From UHGV virus genome UHGV-0197990: 60,272 nucleotides of DNA. The stretch is one strand, 5' to 3'. The stretch is from a virus. The notes under the pieces were generated by a model, which made no database searches, was not told the origin of the DNA, and was given only the letters and a program-made list of their open reading frames with translations. This document shows, piece by piece, positions 36,172 through 46,899 of this stretch. The position numbers and the translations under genes were made by a program. Every line of letters starts with the position of its first letter. Within the stretch, counting starts at the first letter, position 1.

Positions 36172-36510
36172 ATGGCAATTGAAGACAGAATCTATGAGAA
36201 ATCAGTAGAATACTTGTCTGATATTCCAGAGCTTGCCGATGAAAAACCATCAAAACTGTTAATCGGATTCGTAACTGAGAAATTTAAGCAGTGCAGAAAC
36301 TATCCTCCGTCTTTTACGGATGCGAAGATAGAATCTGACATGGAAAAACATTTGAACACAATCGCCATGGCTGTGGTTGACCTAAAAGCGAAAGAAGGAG
36401 CTGAGGGAGAGACAAGCCATAGTGAAAATTCAATCAGCCGTTCTTATGAAAATGCTTATGTTTCAAGTTCGATATTTAATGACGTGCTTCCGTATGTTCA
36501 TTTTTTATAG
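36172..36510 (+). CDS. head-tail connector (gp6/gp15-like)
   Basis: 112 aa. Position after the capsid gene. Confidence 0.4.
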   Translation: MAIEDRIYEKSVEYLSDIPELADEKPSKLLIGFVTEKFKQCRNYPPSFTDAKIESDMEKHLNTIAMAVVDLKAKEGAEGETSHSENSISRSYENAYVSSSIFNDVLPYVHFL

Positions 36511-36618
36511 AAGATTGTGCGTGACCATTTTGCTAATGTAGGCAATATGGTTGCAGGGTATTAGCTAATTTGGTGGTGGGCAGCTAATGGAAATAAGAAA
36601 AAGGCAGGTAAATGATTG

Positions 36619-36759
36619 ATGACTATTGAAATATCGACAGCAATCATTATAAGTGTGGTGTCAGTTGCTTTTTCCATTTTCTTCGGTTTGAAGAACAATA
36701 ACGTTCGGACACAAAAGATATCGAAGAAAGAGTTAAGCAGAACACAAAAATCAATATGA
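36619..36759 (+). CDS. small single-TM protein (46 aa)
   Basis: Below the track cutoff. Hydrophobic IIISVVSVAFSIFFGL. Confidence 0.25.
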   Translation: MTIEISTAIIISVVSVAFSIFFGLKNNNVRTQKISKKELSRTQKSI

Positions 36760-36929
36760 AACTTGATAACATCTCTTCTTTGAGTGAGGACATCAAAAGT
36801 GAGATTTCTCAGATGAAAGATAAGCTTGATTCTCACAATGGAAGAATAATCAAACTGGAAGACAGTGTAAAGAGTGCACATCACAGAATTGATACACTGG
36901 AAAACAGAATGAATGGTGGTGAAGAATAA
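36756..36929 (+). CDS. small coiled-coil protein (57 aa)
   Basis: ATGA start/stop overlap with the upstream ORF. Confidence 0.3.
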   Translation: MKLDNISSLSEDIKSEISQMKDKLDSHNGRIIKLEDSVKSAHHRIDTLENRMNGGEE

Positions 36930-37222
36930 TGGATATTTTTTCAATGGAAACCGTATTGGCGATCGTGGTTATTACTTATCTTGTTGGACTCGGAGCAAAG
37001 CTGTGTCCGAAAGTAAAAGATAATTATATCCCTGTAATTGTTGGCGTAGCTGGAGGAATCCTTGGAGTTGTTGGAATGTATGTAATTCCTAACTTTCCAG
37101 CAACAGACGTTCTTGATGCAATTGCAGTAGGAATTGTATCCGGACTTGCAAGTACTGGTGTAAATCAGATTCAGAAGCAAGTAAAGAAGGTGACCGTAAG
37201 TGAGGACACTGAACAGAAATAA
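36929..37222 (+). CDS. holin-like two-TM membrane protein
   Basis: 97 aa. Two hydrophobic helices with Gly-rich packing (IVGVAGGILGVVG), charged C-terminus. Confidence 0.45.
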   Translation: MDIFSMETVLAIVVITYLVGLGAKLCPKVKDNYIPVIVGVAGGILGVVGMYVIPNFPATDVLDAIAVGIVSGLASTGVNQIQKQVKKVTVSEDTEQK

Positions 37223-37646
37223 GCAGAAAATGTACTACTCCTTGCAAGATGGTACGTCTCCGGTATATATGACTGATGATGATGGAAATGTGAAGTACAT
37301 CGAAGCAGATGGAGAACAGATTCCTGTTGAGTCAGGAGAGACTGAACCACACTACACGGAACCTAAGTTATTCAGAGCGAATATCAATTCTACATTGACC
37401 GATACATTTATTCGGGCTTTTGGCATTGATGATTCCTCTGACAAGGCAACGATTGTCTGTGCAAAAGGAACTCTTCCATTGGTAAAAGGAGCGCGTATTT
37501 GGCGCAATTCAGCCATTAAATACAAAGACCCAATAAATATGTCAAACGTGGATGAAAACTCCGCAGATTACGTTGTTAAGGACGTCAACGACGAAGCTAT
37601 GCACGAAGATACATTCTTGCTTCAACGATTGATTAAAGAGGGATAA
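37200..37646 (+). CDS. hypothetical head-tail joining protein
   Basis: 148 aa. GTG start at 37200, or ATG at 37230. Confidence 0.4.
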   Translation: MRTLNRNKQKMYYSLQDGTSPVYMTDDDGNVKYIEADGEQIPVESGETEPHYTEPKLFRANINSTLTDTFIRAFGIDDSSDKATIVCAKGTLPLVKGARIWRNSAIKYKDPINMSNVDENSADYVVKDVNDEAMHEDTFLLQRLIKEG

Positions 37647-37648
37647 GA

Positions 37649-38188
37649 ATGAGCACAAAAATCAGTTTCGGATTATCGCAAAAGAGCATTGATGAAGCAA
37701 TCAAACAGATTGAAGCTTACCAGAAATCGCTTGATTCAAAGTTAAGCTTGTTCTGTGAAAAATTGATTGAGAGAGGACAGACTGTCGCAGTTGAAAAGCT
37801 GACAGAATCTCCGCTCGGGAAAACAGTGACTCTGAAAAGTGATAAGACAGAAGAAGAGATGGGATGCAAAGCGGTACTGATTGCCACTGGTGAAGTAAAG
37901 TATCCAGAGGGAAGAGAACCGTTCAATCTTCTGTTCGCTATAGAATTCGGAGCCGGTGTTCGTTACAACAGCATCCCAAACCCAAAAGCCGGAGAGCTTG
38001 GATTCGGTGTTGGCAGTTATCCGGGACAGACTCATGCTGCTGATCCGAACGGTTGGTACTACTTTGGTGATGATGGAAAATGGCATCATTCTTACGGTAT
38101 CAAAGCAACTATGCCGATGTACAATGCAAGCCTTGAAATGATTAAATCCGTTTCAGAAGTAGCGAGGGAGGTGTTTGGAAGTGGATAA
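37649..38188 (+). CDS. tail component (HK97 gp10-like)
   Basis: 179 aa, synteny. Confidence 0.35.
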   Translation: MSTKISFGLSQKSIDEAIKQIEAYQKSLDSKLSLFCEKLIERGQTVAVEKLTESPLGKTVTLKSDKTEEEMGCKAVLIATGEVKYPEGREPFNLLFAIEFGAGVRYNSIPNPKAGELGFGVGSYPGQTHAADPNGWYYFGDDGKWHHSYGIKATMPMYNASLEMIKSVSEVAREVFGSG

Positions 38189-38594
38189 TTCATGGGTTTT
38201 CGACTTAGAGACACACATCTTCTCTATTGTTCAGAAGAAAGTAGGAGATAAGCTGAAAAGTAAGTATCCGAACATTCGTTTCACGACTACTTCAAAACCT
38301 AAAGGCGTGACCGTAAAATATCCAACAGTTTACATTCGTGAATTGCCTGGTGCAGAAAAAGCACGCACTTTGGACGGTGAAGATATCAGCGGAATCTTGT
38401 ATTCCATGCAAGTGGAAGTAAGTACAGATAAAAGTATTAAAGAAGCTAAGGCGGTTTTGAAAGAGGTTGCCTTGGTATACAAAAATATGGGGTTTGAAAT
38501 TAATTCATTTCCCGAAGAGAGTGACGGAGACGAATATTACCGATGTGTAATGCGAGTCAGACGAACTCTCGGAAACATAGATGCGTTGCACTGA
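38175..38594 (+). CDS. tail completion/terminator-like protein
   Basis: TTG start with strong RBS GGGAGG 6 nt upstream. Confidence 0.4.
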   Translation: MEVDNSWVFDLETHIFSIVQKKVGDKLKSKYPNIRFTTTSKPKGVTVKYPTVYIRELPGAEKARTLDGEDISGILYSMQVEVSTDKSIKEAKAVLKEVALVYKNMGFEINSFPEESDGDEYYRCVMRVRRTLGNIDALH

Positions 38595-38643
38595 GCCGAA
38601 AGGCTCTTTTTTATTGCCTAGATGGCAGAAATGGAGGTAAAAA

Positions 38644-39138
38644 ATGGCTTCAACCAGTTATAAAGTAAGAGCTATTTACAAAGAACTTGATGATGGTGCG
38701 GATTTGTCAACTGTTGATTTTGCCGGAAGTTACAAACTGCTTCTGAAAGCAAAGTCAATGCCAGCTCCGGTGTCTGCACCAAACACAGTTGAATCAACAA
38801 CTATGGAAGATGATGCACAGACATTTGAAATGGGTATTAAGCAGTCCGATGCAAAAGAGGTAACAGGGAACCTTGAAAAAGAGTACCTGGACAATATTGA
38901 CAAACTTGAGAAGAAAAGAGTTGCTATCTTCCAGTTATATGGAACAGACGGTATCGGTGGAGTTGCGAAATATGCATACGTTGCACAGGTATCCGCTACT
39001 CCGTCAGACGTTGGTGGTGTCGATGAAATCTGTGAGATGACAGCAACCATCATTCAGAACACTGTCGCAAAGAAAGTGACAGACGAGTATACAATCGTTG
39101 ACGCTGGAAACGGCACATTTACAGTAACAAAGGGGTAA
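38644..39138 (+). CDS. major tail protein
   Basis: 164 aa. Position before chaperones and tape measure. Followed by a 10-bp-stem hairpin 39140-39185. Confidence 0.65.
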   Translation: MASTSYKVRAIYKELDDGADLSTVDFAGSYKLLLKAKSMPAPVSAPNTVESTTMEDDAQTFEMGIKQSDAKEVTGNLEKEYLDNIDKLEKKRVAIFQLYGTDGIGGVAKYAYVAQVSATPSDVGGVDEICEMTATIIQNTVAKKVTDEYTIVDAGNGTFTVTKG

Positions 39139-39274
39139 CACGTTCCGAGCAAGACAGGTCAGCGAATACTCGGAACGTAAAATTTGATTACGCTGACATT
39201 ACAGAATAACAACAGGAACGGGCGCTCTTAGGGGCGCCCTTCCCATATAAAATTACGGGAAGGAATACAAAGAC

Positions 39275-39628
39275 ATGAAAACATTTGAAATTAATGGAAA
39301 AGAATATTCAGGGAAACCTTTTGACTTTAACCTTGTTTGCGACCTTGAGGACATGGGCGTATCAGTTGAATCCATGGAAGAGAAACCGATGAGCATGGTT
39401 AGAGGATATATTGCGCTGTGCATGGGAAAAAGACGTGCAGATGCCGGACTTGAGATTCAAGAGCATATTCTGAATGGTGGCACAATGGATGATGCAACCA
39501 AAGTAATGCAAGAAGAAATGGAACAGTCTGATTTTTTTCGCAACCTCAACAAGAGAGCGGAAGCGGAAGCTACAAAGAATCAGGAGAAGAAGAACACTGG
39601 CGGCAGAAAAACAGCAGCAGCGAAGTAA
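39275..39628 (+). CDS. tail assembly chaperone (gpG-like)
   Basis: 117 aa preceding the tape measure gene. Confidence 0.7.
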   Translation: MKTFEINGKEYSGKPFDFNLVCDLEDMGVSVESMEEKPMSMVRGYIALCMGKRRADAGLEIQEHILNGGTMDDATKVMQEEMEQSDFFRNLNKRAEAEATKNQEKKNTGGRKTAAAK

Positions 39629-40005
39629 GATCGTATCGTTCTCAGCGTGAGTTTTTCACCTGTGAATGGTATCCGCAAGCAAAAAAAATGGGAGTTGGCT
39701 GGACAGAATTTTGGAGCATGAATCCTAGAATTCTGAAAGCGATATCTGCCGGATACGAAGAGCAACTCCTTGATATTGATTATATGAATTGGATGTCAGG
39801 GCAATATCTTATCAGTGCAATCAATACGTGCTTTGTCAAAGAAGAAAAGTATCTGAAGAAACCGATTCTGAAAACTCTGATTGAAGAATCACGGATGACT
39901 GATGAAGAACGTGAACTTCGTGAGATGGAAGAGGAAATCAGAAAAATGGATGCTTGGATTGCAGCAGACAGGGCAAGAGGATTGCCGGAGACATCGATAA
40001 ATTAG
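39275..40005 (+). CDS. tail assembly chaperone GT fusion via programmed -1 frameshift at T_TTT_TTT (39532-39538)
   Basis: The -1 frame is open from 39490 to 40005 and overlaps the G gene. The canonical U7 slippery heptamer lies in the overlap. Confidence 0.6.
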
Positions 40006-40050
40006 GATGGGTTCACCATCCTTTATTTTTTGTAAAAAGGTGGTGAAAAC

Positions 40051-43000
40051 ATGGGAACAGAGGTGGACTCTCTTGAGGTAAAAGTTGAAGCTTCAGCTAA
40101 GTCAGCAAATGCTAGTTTGACTAATTTGGCAAAAAGATTAGGTGATGTATCGAAACAGCTTCAATCTGTTTGCTCTTATCAACCAACAATAGATGCACTT
40201 ACTGGAAATCTCGATGGTATTTCTAAACTTGATTTTAAAAATGTAAAAGATTTAAAGAATGCTATTAAGACAATGTCCAAAGATATGGCAAGAATCAATG
40301 GACGGCAAATTAAAATCAGCGTAAACAAGCTTGGAGATGTAGAAAAAGCCGCAGAGAAAGTGACAGCCCTTTCAGAAAAAGTTGCAGAAGCATCAAAAAG
40401 CATAAAAATTTCCGTTGATTCTTCTGAGGTTAATTCAGCAAAAAAAGCTTGCGATGAACTGAAAAAGAAAACTTCCGGTTTAAAAGCAAGTGCTCAGACC
40501 ATCAAAAAGGCAAGCGGACAACTTGGTGCATCTGATGGTAAATCCGTATTGAGCGGAGCAGAAACGAGACAAAGATTTTCGAGCATCGGCCCAGATAAAG
40601 ACAAAGGAATTGCTGAAGAAGAGACAAAAGAAGCGTCTAAGCTTTCAAAGATTCTTTCAGGCACTCAGAAAGTTTCAAAATCTCTTTCTAATACGTTCGG
40701 GAAGATGGGGAAAACAGTTAGTGGCGTAGTTTCTAAAGCAAAAGATCTCAAGAATTTGATTACCAGAACAAACAAATCTGGTGGTCAAATGTCAATGGGA
40801 AGAATGCTTGGAATGTCACTTGTATTTTCCACTGTATTTTCAGCATTAAGCGCAATAAATAATGCTATTAAAGAGGGTTCCAACAATCTTGTTCAATACA
40901 GTTCTGATTACAACAAGAGCATTTCGGGCATTGCCACATCTCTTCTGTATTTGAAGAATGCATGGGCGGCGGCTTTTGCTCCGATTATCAATGTAGTCGG
41001 ACCGTATATTTCAGCATTTATTGATATGCTCGCCAATGCAATGAATAAGGTCGCGCAGTTCATGGCTGTATTGACTGGAAAAACAGCAGTTGTTCAAGCA
41101 AAAAAAGCATGGAAAGACTACGGAAAAACACTAACATCAACTGGAAGTAGTGCTAAAAAAGCTGGAAGTGATGCGGCAAAAGCAGCAAAAGACCTTGAGA
41201 ACTATACTCTTGGAATTGATGAACTAAATGTGATCCAGCCGACAACATCAAGCTCAAGTTCAAGTGGTGGATCTGACGGAAGTTCCGGTGCTTATACGGG
41301 ACCAGATGTTTCGGAGATGTTTGAGACAATAGAACCAACTAAAGCGATCTCTGATTATGCTAAACGACTCAGAGAAGCATTCAAATCTCAAGACTGGACT
41401 TCTCTAGGATCAATCATGGCAGAGGGCGTAAATGCCGGAATGCAGAAATTATATGACATATTTGACTGGAATAAGCATGGGAAAAAGATAACTTATTTCT
41501 GCAATGCTTTTACCACAACAATGAATAGCCTTGTTGACAATATTGAATGGCCGTTAATGGGGGCTACTGTTGCTGCCGGAGTGAATACGGTCTTTAATAC
41601 TGCGCAGCTTTTGATTACCGGGTTTAACTGGACGAATCTTGGAACAGGAATCGGAACAGCTATTTCAACAGGAATTCAAAACATTGACTGGGGGACGATA
41701 GGATACACTCTCGGAGCGTATTTTATGATTTCTTGGAACACCCTTGTTGGGACTCTGAGAGAGCTTAAAGGTGAAGACACTGGAATGGCGTTGGCTGATG
41801 CTTTTAACGGTGCGTTAGATTCTATCAATATTGGAACAATCGGAGAATCCATCGGAAGAATGGTTGCTCTTGTAATAGAGTCAATTAGAACATTTATTCA
41901 GAATGCCAATTGGAAAGAGCTTGGATCACAGATTATTGAGGGAATAAAGAATGCTTTCAAGTTTGCTTCTGATGGTGGCGAAAATACAGGAATACTTGCA
42001 TCGGTTATTGGAATCGGAGCAACAGGTGAAATCACAAAGAAAATAGCTGAAATTCTTCCCAAATTAGATGGAATGGCAGAAAAATTCAATAAAATAAAGG
42101 AAGTAGCAGGAAAGTTAAACTTTAAATCTCTTATTACATTATCTCCAACAACTTTATTGATTGTTGCCGGAATTACAATTTTAGCTGCTGAACTCATGGA
42201 CTTGTGGAAAACTTCTGATGGATTCAGAGATGCTGTAAAAAATGCTGTTGGGGAAATTGGAAGTGCTTTTTCTTATGCGAAAAAAGAAATTTGGGATAAC
42301 GGATTTAAACCGCTTTGGGAGAACCTAAAAGAACTGTTTAATTCTATTTACGATTTATATGAATCAAGTGGAGCGAAAGAGCTGTTCGAATCAACAATGA
42401 TTGCCGCAGTGAAAGCAATTGGGGCATTACTTTCCATAATAATCAAAAGAATAGCACAAGTTGTTTCTACTATTACCGGAATGGTGAGTGGAGCGATAAA
42501 GATAATTCAAGGTTTAATTACATTTGTGACAGGTGCATTTACTGGAGATTGGGGAAAGGCTTGGAAAGGAGTAGAAGATATTGCGCTTGGATTTAAGCAA
42601 TATATTTCATCTTTATTCCAATTGCTTTTCGGAACAATTACAGCGATTTTCTCACCAATTGCTCAGTGGTTCTCGAAAAAATTTCAAGCTGCTAGAGACG
42701 GTGTAACGAATGCATTTTCTGATGTTGGGAAATGGTTCTCAGCTAAGAATACAGACATCCAAAATGGAATGAAGAGCATAAGTTCTTGGTTTGGAACGAA
42801 ATTTAAAAGCGCACGTTCATTGACAAATGCAGCATTTTCAAACATCGGTTCTTGGTTTGGTCAAAAACGTGAGGATATCAAGTCAAATATGAAGCCAATT
42901 GCTCAGTGGTTCAAGGATATTTTTAATTCTGCCTACAACGGAATTACTTCAATTTTTGACAAGATTGGTGGGTACTTCAACACGGTAGCTGGATGGATTA

Positions 43001-44253
43001 AATCACCTGTTTTAGGCGCAGTAAAAGCAATTGCTAATGCTGTGAACTGGGTTTACGACAAATTAGGTGGAAACGGCGATTTGATTGACGTATCGAATCT
43101 TGATAAATACGCAAGCGGTACAAACGGAGTCGCAAGAGATTCCTTTGGTGTTGTCAATGACCAGTCAGGAAATACCTACAGAGAACTTGTCCAGTATCCG
43201 AACGGACAGACTGTAATTCCAACAGGAAGAAATGTAGTTCTCCCGATGCCAAAAGGTACAAAGGTAATGCCAGCTGGTCAAACAGCAGCATTAATGGGAA
43301 TTACTGGCGTAAAGAAGTATAAATCTGGAATCGGTAATTTCTTTGGAAGTACAGCAGACAAAATCAGCGATATTGCAAGTAACATTTTCAGTTACATCAA
43401 AGAACCGAAGAAGCTTCTTAAAGCGGCAATTGATAAATTCACAGATTTGACAGGAGCACTTGAGCCTGGAATCACAATTGCGAAGACGGCAGTTAATTCA
43501 CTGTTTGAAACAGCAGTTTCCAAAATCAAAGGGTTCTTTGACAGTTTCGGTGCTGTTGATTACAAACCATCTGCCGGAGTGGAGCAGTGGAGAGGACTTG
43601 CGAAACAAGCTCTTTTACTGACAAATCAGTTCAGCGAATCCAATCTGAATGCCTTGTTAACTCAGATGATGCATGAGTCGGGTGGAAATCCGAACGCTAT
43701 CAACAACTGGGATATCAACGCAATCAGAGGTATTCCGTCAAAAGGACTGATGCAGGTAATTGACCCGACATTCCGTGCAAATGCGATGGCTGGATTCAAC
43801 ACAAACATATACGATCCACTGTCAAACATGATCGCCGCCATCAATTACACAGTCAAAAGATACGGAAGTCTGTATGCTGGATGGACTGCACGTGGATACA
43901 AAGGATACGCAAACGGTATCGGTACATTCAAGCTGTCTGATATGGTCGGGAAATATTCTGTAGGTGGATTCCCTCAGAATGGCGAGCTGTTTGTGGCGAA
44001 TGAGAAAGCACCGGAATACGTTGGAAGAATGGGAAATAGAAATGTGGTTGCCAATAACAATCAGATTGTGACCGGAGTATCCAACGGAGTTGCAGAAGCG
44101 AATAAAAATACAGAAAGACTTTTACAGAAGCTTATCGAGCAGAATGAGAGACTTCTTAGAAAGAATACATCACTGATGATGAACAGTAAGAAAGTAAATA
44201 AGGAACTGTCAAGGGGAAGTAGAAACTCTGGATACAGTTTCAGTACAACATAG
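40051..44253 (+). CDS. tape measure protein with C-terminal lytic transglycosylase (SLT) domain
   Basis: 1400 aa. SLT motif MMHESGGNPNAI...GLMQV. Confidence 0.9.
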   Translation: MGTEVDSLEVKVEASAKSANASLTNLAKRLGDVSKQLQSVCSYQPTIDALTGNLDGISKLDFKNVKDLKNAIKTMSKDMARINGRQIKISVNKLGDVEKAAEKVTALSEKVAEASKSIKISVDSSEVNSAKKACDELKKKTSGLKASAQTIKKASGQLGASDGKSVLSGAETRQRFSSIGPDKDKGIAEEETKEASKLSKILSGTQKVSKSLSNTFGKMGKTVSGVVSKAKDLKNLITRTNKSGGQMSMGRMLGMSLVFSTVFSALSAINNAIKEGSNNLVQYSSDYNKSISGIATSLLYLKNAWAAAFAPIINVVGPYISAFIDMLANAMNKVAQFMAVLTGKTAVVQAKKAWKDYGKTLTSTGSSAKKAGSDAAKAAKDLENYTLGIDELNVIQPTTSSSSSSGGSDGSSGAYTGPDVSEMFETIEPTKAISDYAKRLREAFKSQDWTSLGSIMAEGVNAGMQKLYDIFDWNKHGKKITYFCNAFTTTMNSLVDNIEWPLMGATVAAGVNTVFNTAQLLITGFNWTNLGTGIGTAISTGIQNIDWGTIGYTLGAYFMISWNTLVGTLRELKGEDTGMALADAFNGALDSINIGTIGESIGRMVALVIESIRTFIQNANWKELGSQIIEGIKNAFKFASDGGENTGILASVIGIGATGEITKKIAEILPKLDGMAEKFNKIKEVAGKLNFKSLITLSPTTLLIVAGITILAAELMDLWKTSDGFRDAVKNAVGEIGSAFSYAKKEIWDNGFKPLWENLKELFNSIYDLYESSGAKELFESTMIAAVKAIGALLSIIIKRIAQVVSTITGMVSGAIKIIQGLITFVTGAFTGDWGKAWKGVEDIALGFKQYISSLFQLLFGTITAIFSPIAQWFSKKFQAARDGVTNAFSDVGKWFSAKNTDIQNGMKSISSWFGTKFKSARSLTNAAFSNIGSWFGQKREDIKSNMKPIAQWFKDIFNSAYNGITSIFDKIGGYFNTVAGWIKSPVLGAVKAIANAVNWVYDKLGGNGDLIDVSNLDKYASGTNGVARDSFGVVNDQSGNTYRELVQYPNGQTVIPTGRNVVLPMPKGTKVMPAGQTAALMGITGVKKYKSGIGNFFGSTADKISDIASNIFSYIKEPKKLLKAAIDKFTDLTGALEPGITIAKTAVNSLFETAVSKIKGFFDSFGAVDYKPSAGVEQWRGLAKQALLLTNQFSESNLNALLTQMMHESGGNPNAINNWDINAIRGIPSKGLMQVIDPTFRANAMAGFNTNIYDPLSNMIAAINYTVKRYGSLYAGWTARGYKGYANGIGTFKLSDMVGKYSVGGFPQNGELFVANEKAPEYVGRMGNRNVVANNNQIVTGVSNGVAEANKNTERLLQKLIEQNERLLRKNTSLMMNSKKVNKELSRGSRNSGYSFSTT

Positions 44254-44266
44254 GAGGTGCTAGGAT

Positions 44267-44656
44267 ATGTCAATTAAATTGAGTGATTTCATCATTGTAA
44301 ATGGTCATCAATATCCGGCACCGAAATATTATCCGAATTTTCAAGTTACGACTGCTACAAATGCTGCGAGAAATGCAGCGAATAAAGTGGTTGGGCAGAA
44401 AATCGGTCGTGATAACTATAAGATAGATTCATTGGAGTGGCCGTACTTAGATGCGGCAACTTGGTCAACAATGCTACAAGAGTTTGATAAGAATTTCTTT
44501 AGCAGCGTTCGATTTTGGGATATGGTAAATAATAAGTGGCGTACATTAACAATGTATTGCGGAGACAGGACGGCAGATGTTTTCAAGATTGATTCATCCG
44601 GCCGTCCTATTGCGTATATCAACTGTAAAATGAATCTGATTGATGCGGGGTGGTAG
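44267..44656 (+). CDS. tail protein (small, distal-tail region)
   Basis: 129 aa, synteny. Confidence 0.4.
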   Translation: MSIKLSDFIIVNGHQYPAPKYYPNFQVTTATNAARNAANKVVGQKIGRDNYKIDSLEWPYLDAATWSTMLQEFDKNFFSSVRFWDMVNNKWRTLTMYCGDRTADVFKIDSSGRPIAYINCKMNLIDAGW

Positions 44657-44657
44657 C

Positions 44658-46895
44658 ATGTACGAAGTATCAGATGCATATAGAGAATCAATGAAAAATC
44701 CGCTGAGAAATGCTTCTTACATGAAAGTAACACTCGGCGTTATAAATGATACAGCACAGAGTCAGGCATTGCTGAGTAATCAAAGCCAGTATGCCGGATT
44801 TTCTGATTTTGATGGAGTGTTTGAACAGAAAGAAGTTCAAAACCAGTATGCAACATACGAGAATAATTTTTGGCTGTTAGATGGATCTATGAGATTTTTG
44901 CCAGATGCAGCATCTCAGTATGAACCTGTTGGAATCGTATCGAAGAATCTGTTTTCAAGCAGTTTCTCAGTGAAAATGACATTTCAAGAGAATGTTGACA
45001 TTGCCGGATTGACCATCAAGTTTTCCGGGAATTATCCTAGCGAATTCAGCATAATCACATCTGACGGAACATCAAAGAGTTATTCGAACATCAGTTTGAA
45101 CTTTACGACAGATGATAGATTTGATAATACAACTTCTCTTGAGATAAAAGTCACTGCAATGTCAGCTACAAACAATCGTGTGCGTATTGAGAGCATTTTA
45201 TTTGGCAATGCGGTAGTTTTTACAGATAATGACATAATCAACGCAGAATCGGCTTCTACGATGTCACAGATCAATGAGGACTTGCCGGAGATTAACTTCA
45301 CGCTTACTCTTGATAATAACGATAAGAAATTCGATTACGACAATAAGGAATCAATTATCAATTATCTAAGGACAGGACAGGATGTAGTTGTTCAGATGGG
45401 ATATGACCTTGATGATGGAACAACAGAGTGGATTTTGTTGCATACATTAAAGCTGAGTGAGTGGTCAGCAAGTGACGATGAAGCGAGCATTAAAGCCGTA
45501 GACGTTCTTCAACAGTTCGGTGATGGTGACTATTACCGTGGAGACTGGCACGCAAAAGGAATTACACTGTATGCTTTGGCAAATTATGTAATTGCTGATG
45601 CAATCGGTACTTATTCGATTCCTCAAGACAAGTTTTTTATTGACAAATACTTAAAGTCCGTAGAGGTCAGAAACCCTATTCCATTAGTGTCACACAAAGA
45701 AGCATTGCAAATTATTGCTAATGCCGGAAGATGCGTTTTGACTGTTGATAGATATGGAAAAATCTGTATCAAGTCAGCATTCGACCCGGATGCAGAGACG
45801 ACTTCTACTGAGACTGCATATTTCTCTGATGTTTCCAATGTGAATATTGACAATGAAAAGACGCGTTATGCTACATATGAAGATTCAATGTGGCAATTAG
45901 GTAAAAGACCGCCGTTTCTTCCTAGGACTGGTGTTAAAGATGATGTCGGATTTGTTACAAAAGATATTGCTCCTAAAGGAGGAACGTTTTCGACACCTCC
46001 GCAGATTGTAAAGACGTTTGAGGTTCCTAGAAAAAGCAATGGAATGAAAGTGAAAGTGTATTATTTGTTCCCTAATACGATGAGCATTAACACTTATCTG
46101 AAAGACCAAATTGTTGAATCTATCGGAATTTCTGATGGAAAAATCAACTATGCTGATGTAAAAACATGGACTACAGATCACCAGTTTAAAGAATTCGACA
46201 AGATTGTTATTGAGTTTGGAAGAATCAATGCAAATACAAGGCTTGTGGTTGATTATATTGAGCTTGGTGAAAACATCGATTACACAATCGAAAGAGATGA
46301 TATGTATTCCAGTCCGACTATGAGTAAGCCGGAGAATATCAAGCGGTTAAAGAATATCAGAACTGTCTATTCAAAATCCGATACGCTTGAAGAAGTAGTA
46401 AGCGAAGAGGTTGAGTGGACAAATGAAACTTTTCTATATACGTTTGACGAACCACATCATTCTTATACAGCTTCTCTTGAGAATCAGGCAAATGGTCAAA
46501 GTGTTGAGATTTCGGACAGTGGAGCATACTTTGTTGAACTTAAACTTAGCGGAAATGACATGGGCAAGAAGGTTCAAGTCATCGTTAACGGTAAAAAATT
46601 CAATCAGTCAAACGCTTATTCCGTTGCGGAAATCAGCAATTACGGCGTTGAAAAAGATTGGAGCAATCCGCTGATATCAGACAAACAGTTGTGCGATAAA
46701 GTTTGCAAATGGGTTGCTGACTATTACAATCCAGGCATAGACTACTCTATTGATTACCGTGGAGAACCGGCACTTGATGCAGGAGACACAATCTATCAAG
46801 AAAATCGTGACGGAGAAATGGTCAAGACAGTAGCGGAAAGCGTGTCGCTGACCTATGACGGAACTGTAAGTGGAACGCTTGAGACAAGGAGGTAA
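44658..46895 (+). CDS. tail structural protein (Dit/Tal-type)
   Basis: About 745 aa directly after the tape measure gene. Confidence 0.55.
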   Translation: MYEVSDAYRESMKNPLRNASYMKVTLGVINDTAQSQALLSNQSQYAGFSDFDGVFEQKEVQNQYATYENNFWLLDGSMRFLPDAASQYEPVGIVSKNLFSSSFSVKMTFQENVDIAGLTIKFSGNYPSEFSIITSDGTSKSYSNISLNFTTDDRFDNTTSLEIKVTAMSATNNRVRIESILFGNAVVFTDNDIINAESASTMSQINEDLPEINFTLTLDNNDKKFDYDNKESIINYLRTGQDVVVQMGYDLDDGTTEWILLHTLKLSEWSASDDEASIKAVDVLQQFGDGDYYRGDWHAKGITLYALANYVIADAIGTYSIPQDKFFIDKYLKSVEVRNPIPLVSHKEALQIIANAGRCVLTVDRYGKICIKSAFDPDAETTSTETAYFSDVSNVNIDNEKTRYATYEDSMWQLGKRPPFLPRTGVKDDVGFVTKDIAPKGGTFSTPPQIVKTFEVPRKSNGMKVKVYYLFPNTMSINTYLKDQIVESIGISDGKINYADVKTWTTDHQFKEFDKIVIEFGRINANTRLVVDYIELGENIDYTIERDDMYSSPTMSKPENIKRLKNIRTVYSKSDTLEEVVSEEVEWTNETFLYTFDEPHHSYTASLENQANGQSVEISDSGAYFVELKLSGNDMGKKVQVIVNGKKFNQSNAYSVAEISNYGVEKDWSNPLISDKQLCDKVCKWVADYYNPGIDYSIDYRGEPALDAGDTIYQENRDGEMVKTVAESVSLTYDGTVSGTLETRR

Positions 46896-46899
46896 TAGC

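Noticed and set aside
36561-36944. 127-aa minus-strand ORF
   Set aside because: It lies opposite three plus-strand small genes that have coupled start/stops and better translation signals.
41153-42197. Minus-strand ORFs within the tape measure gene
   Set aside because: They are antisense to a 1400-aa conserved gene.
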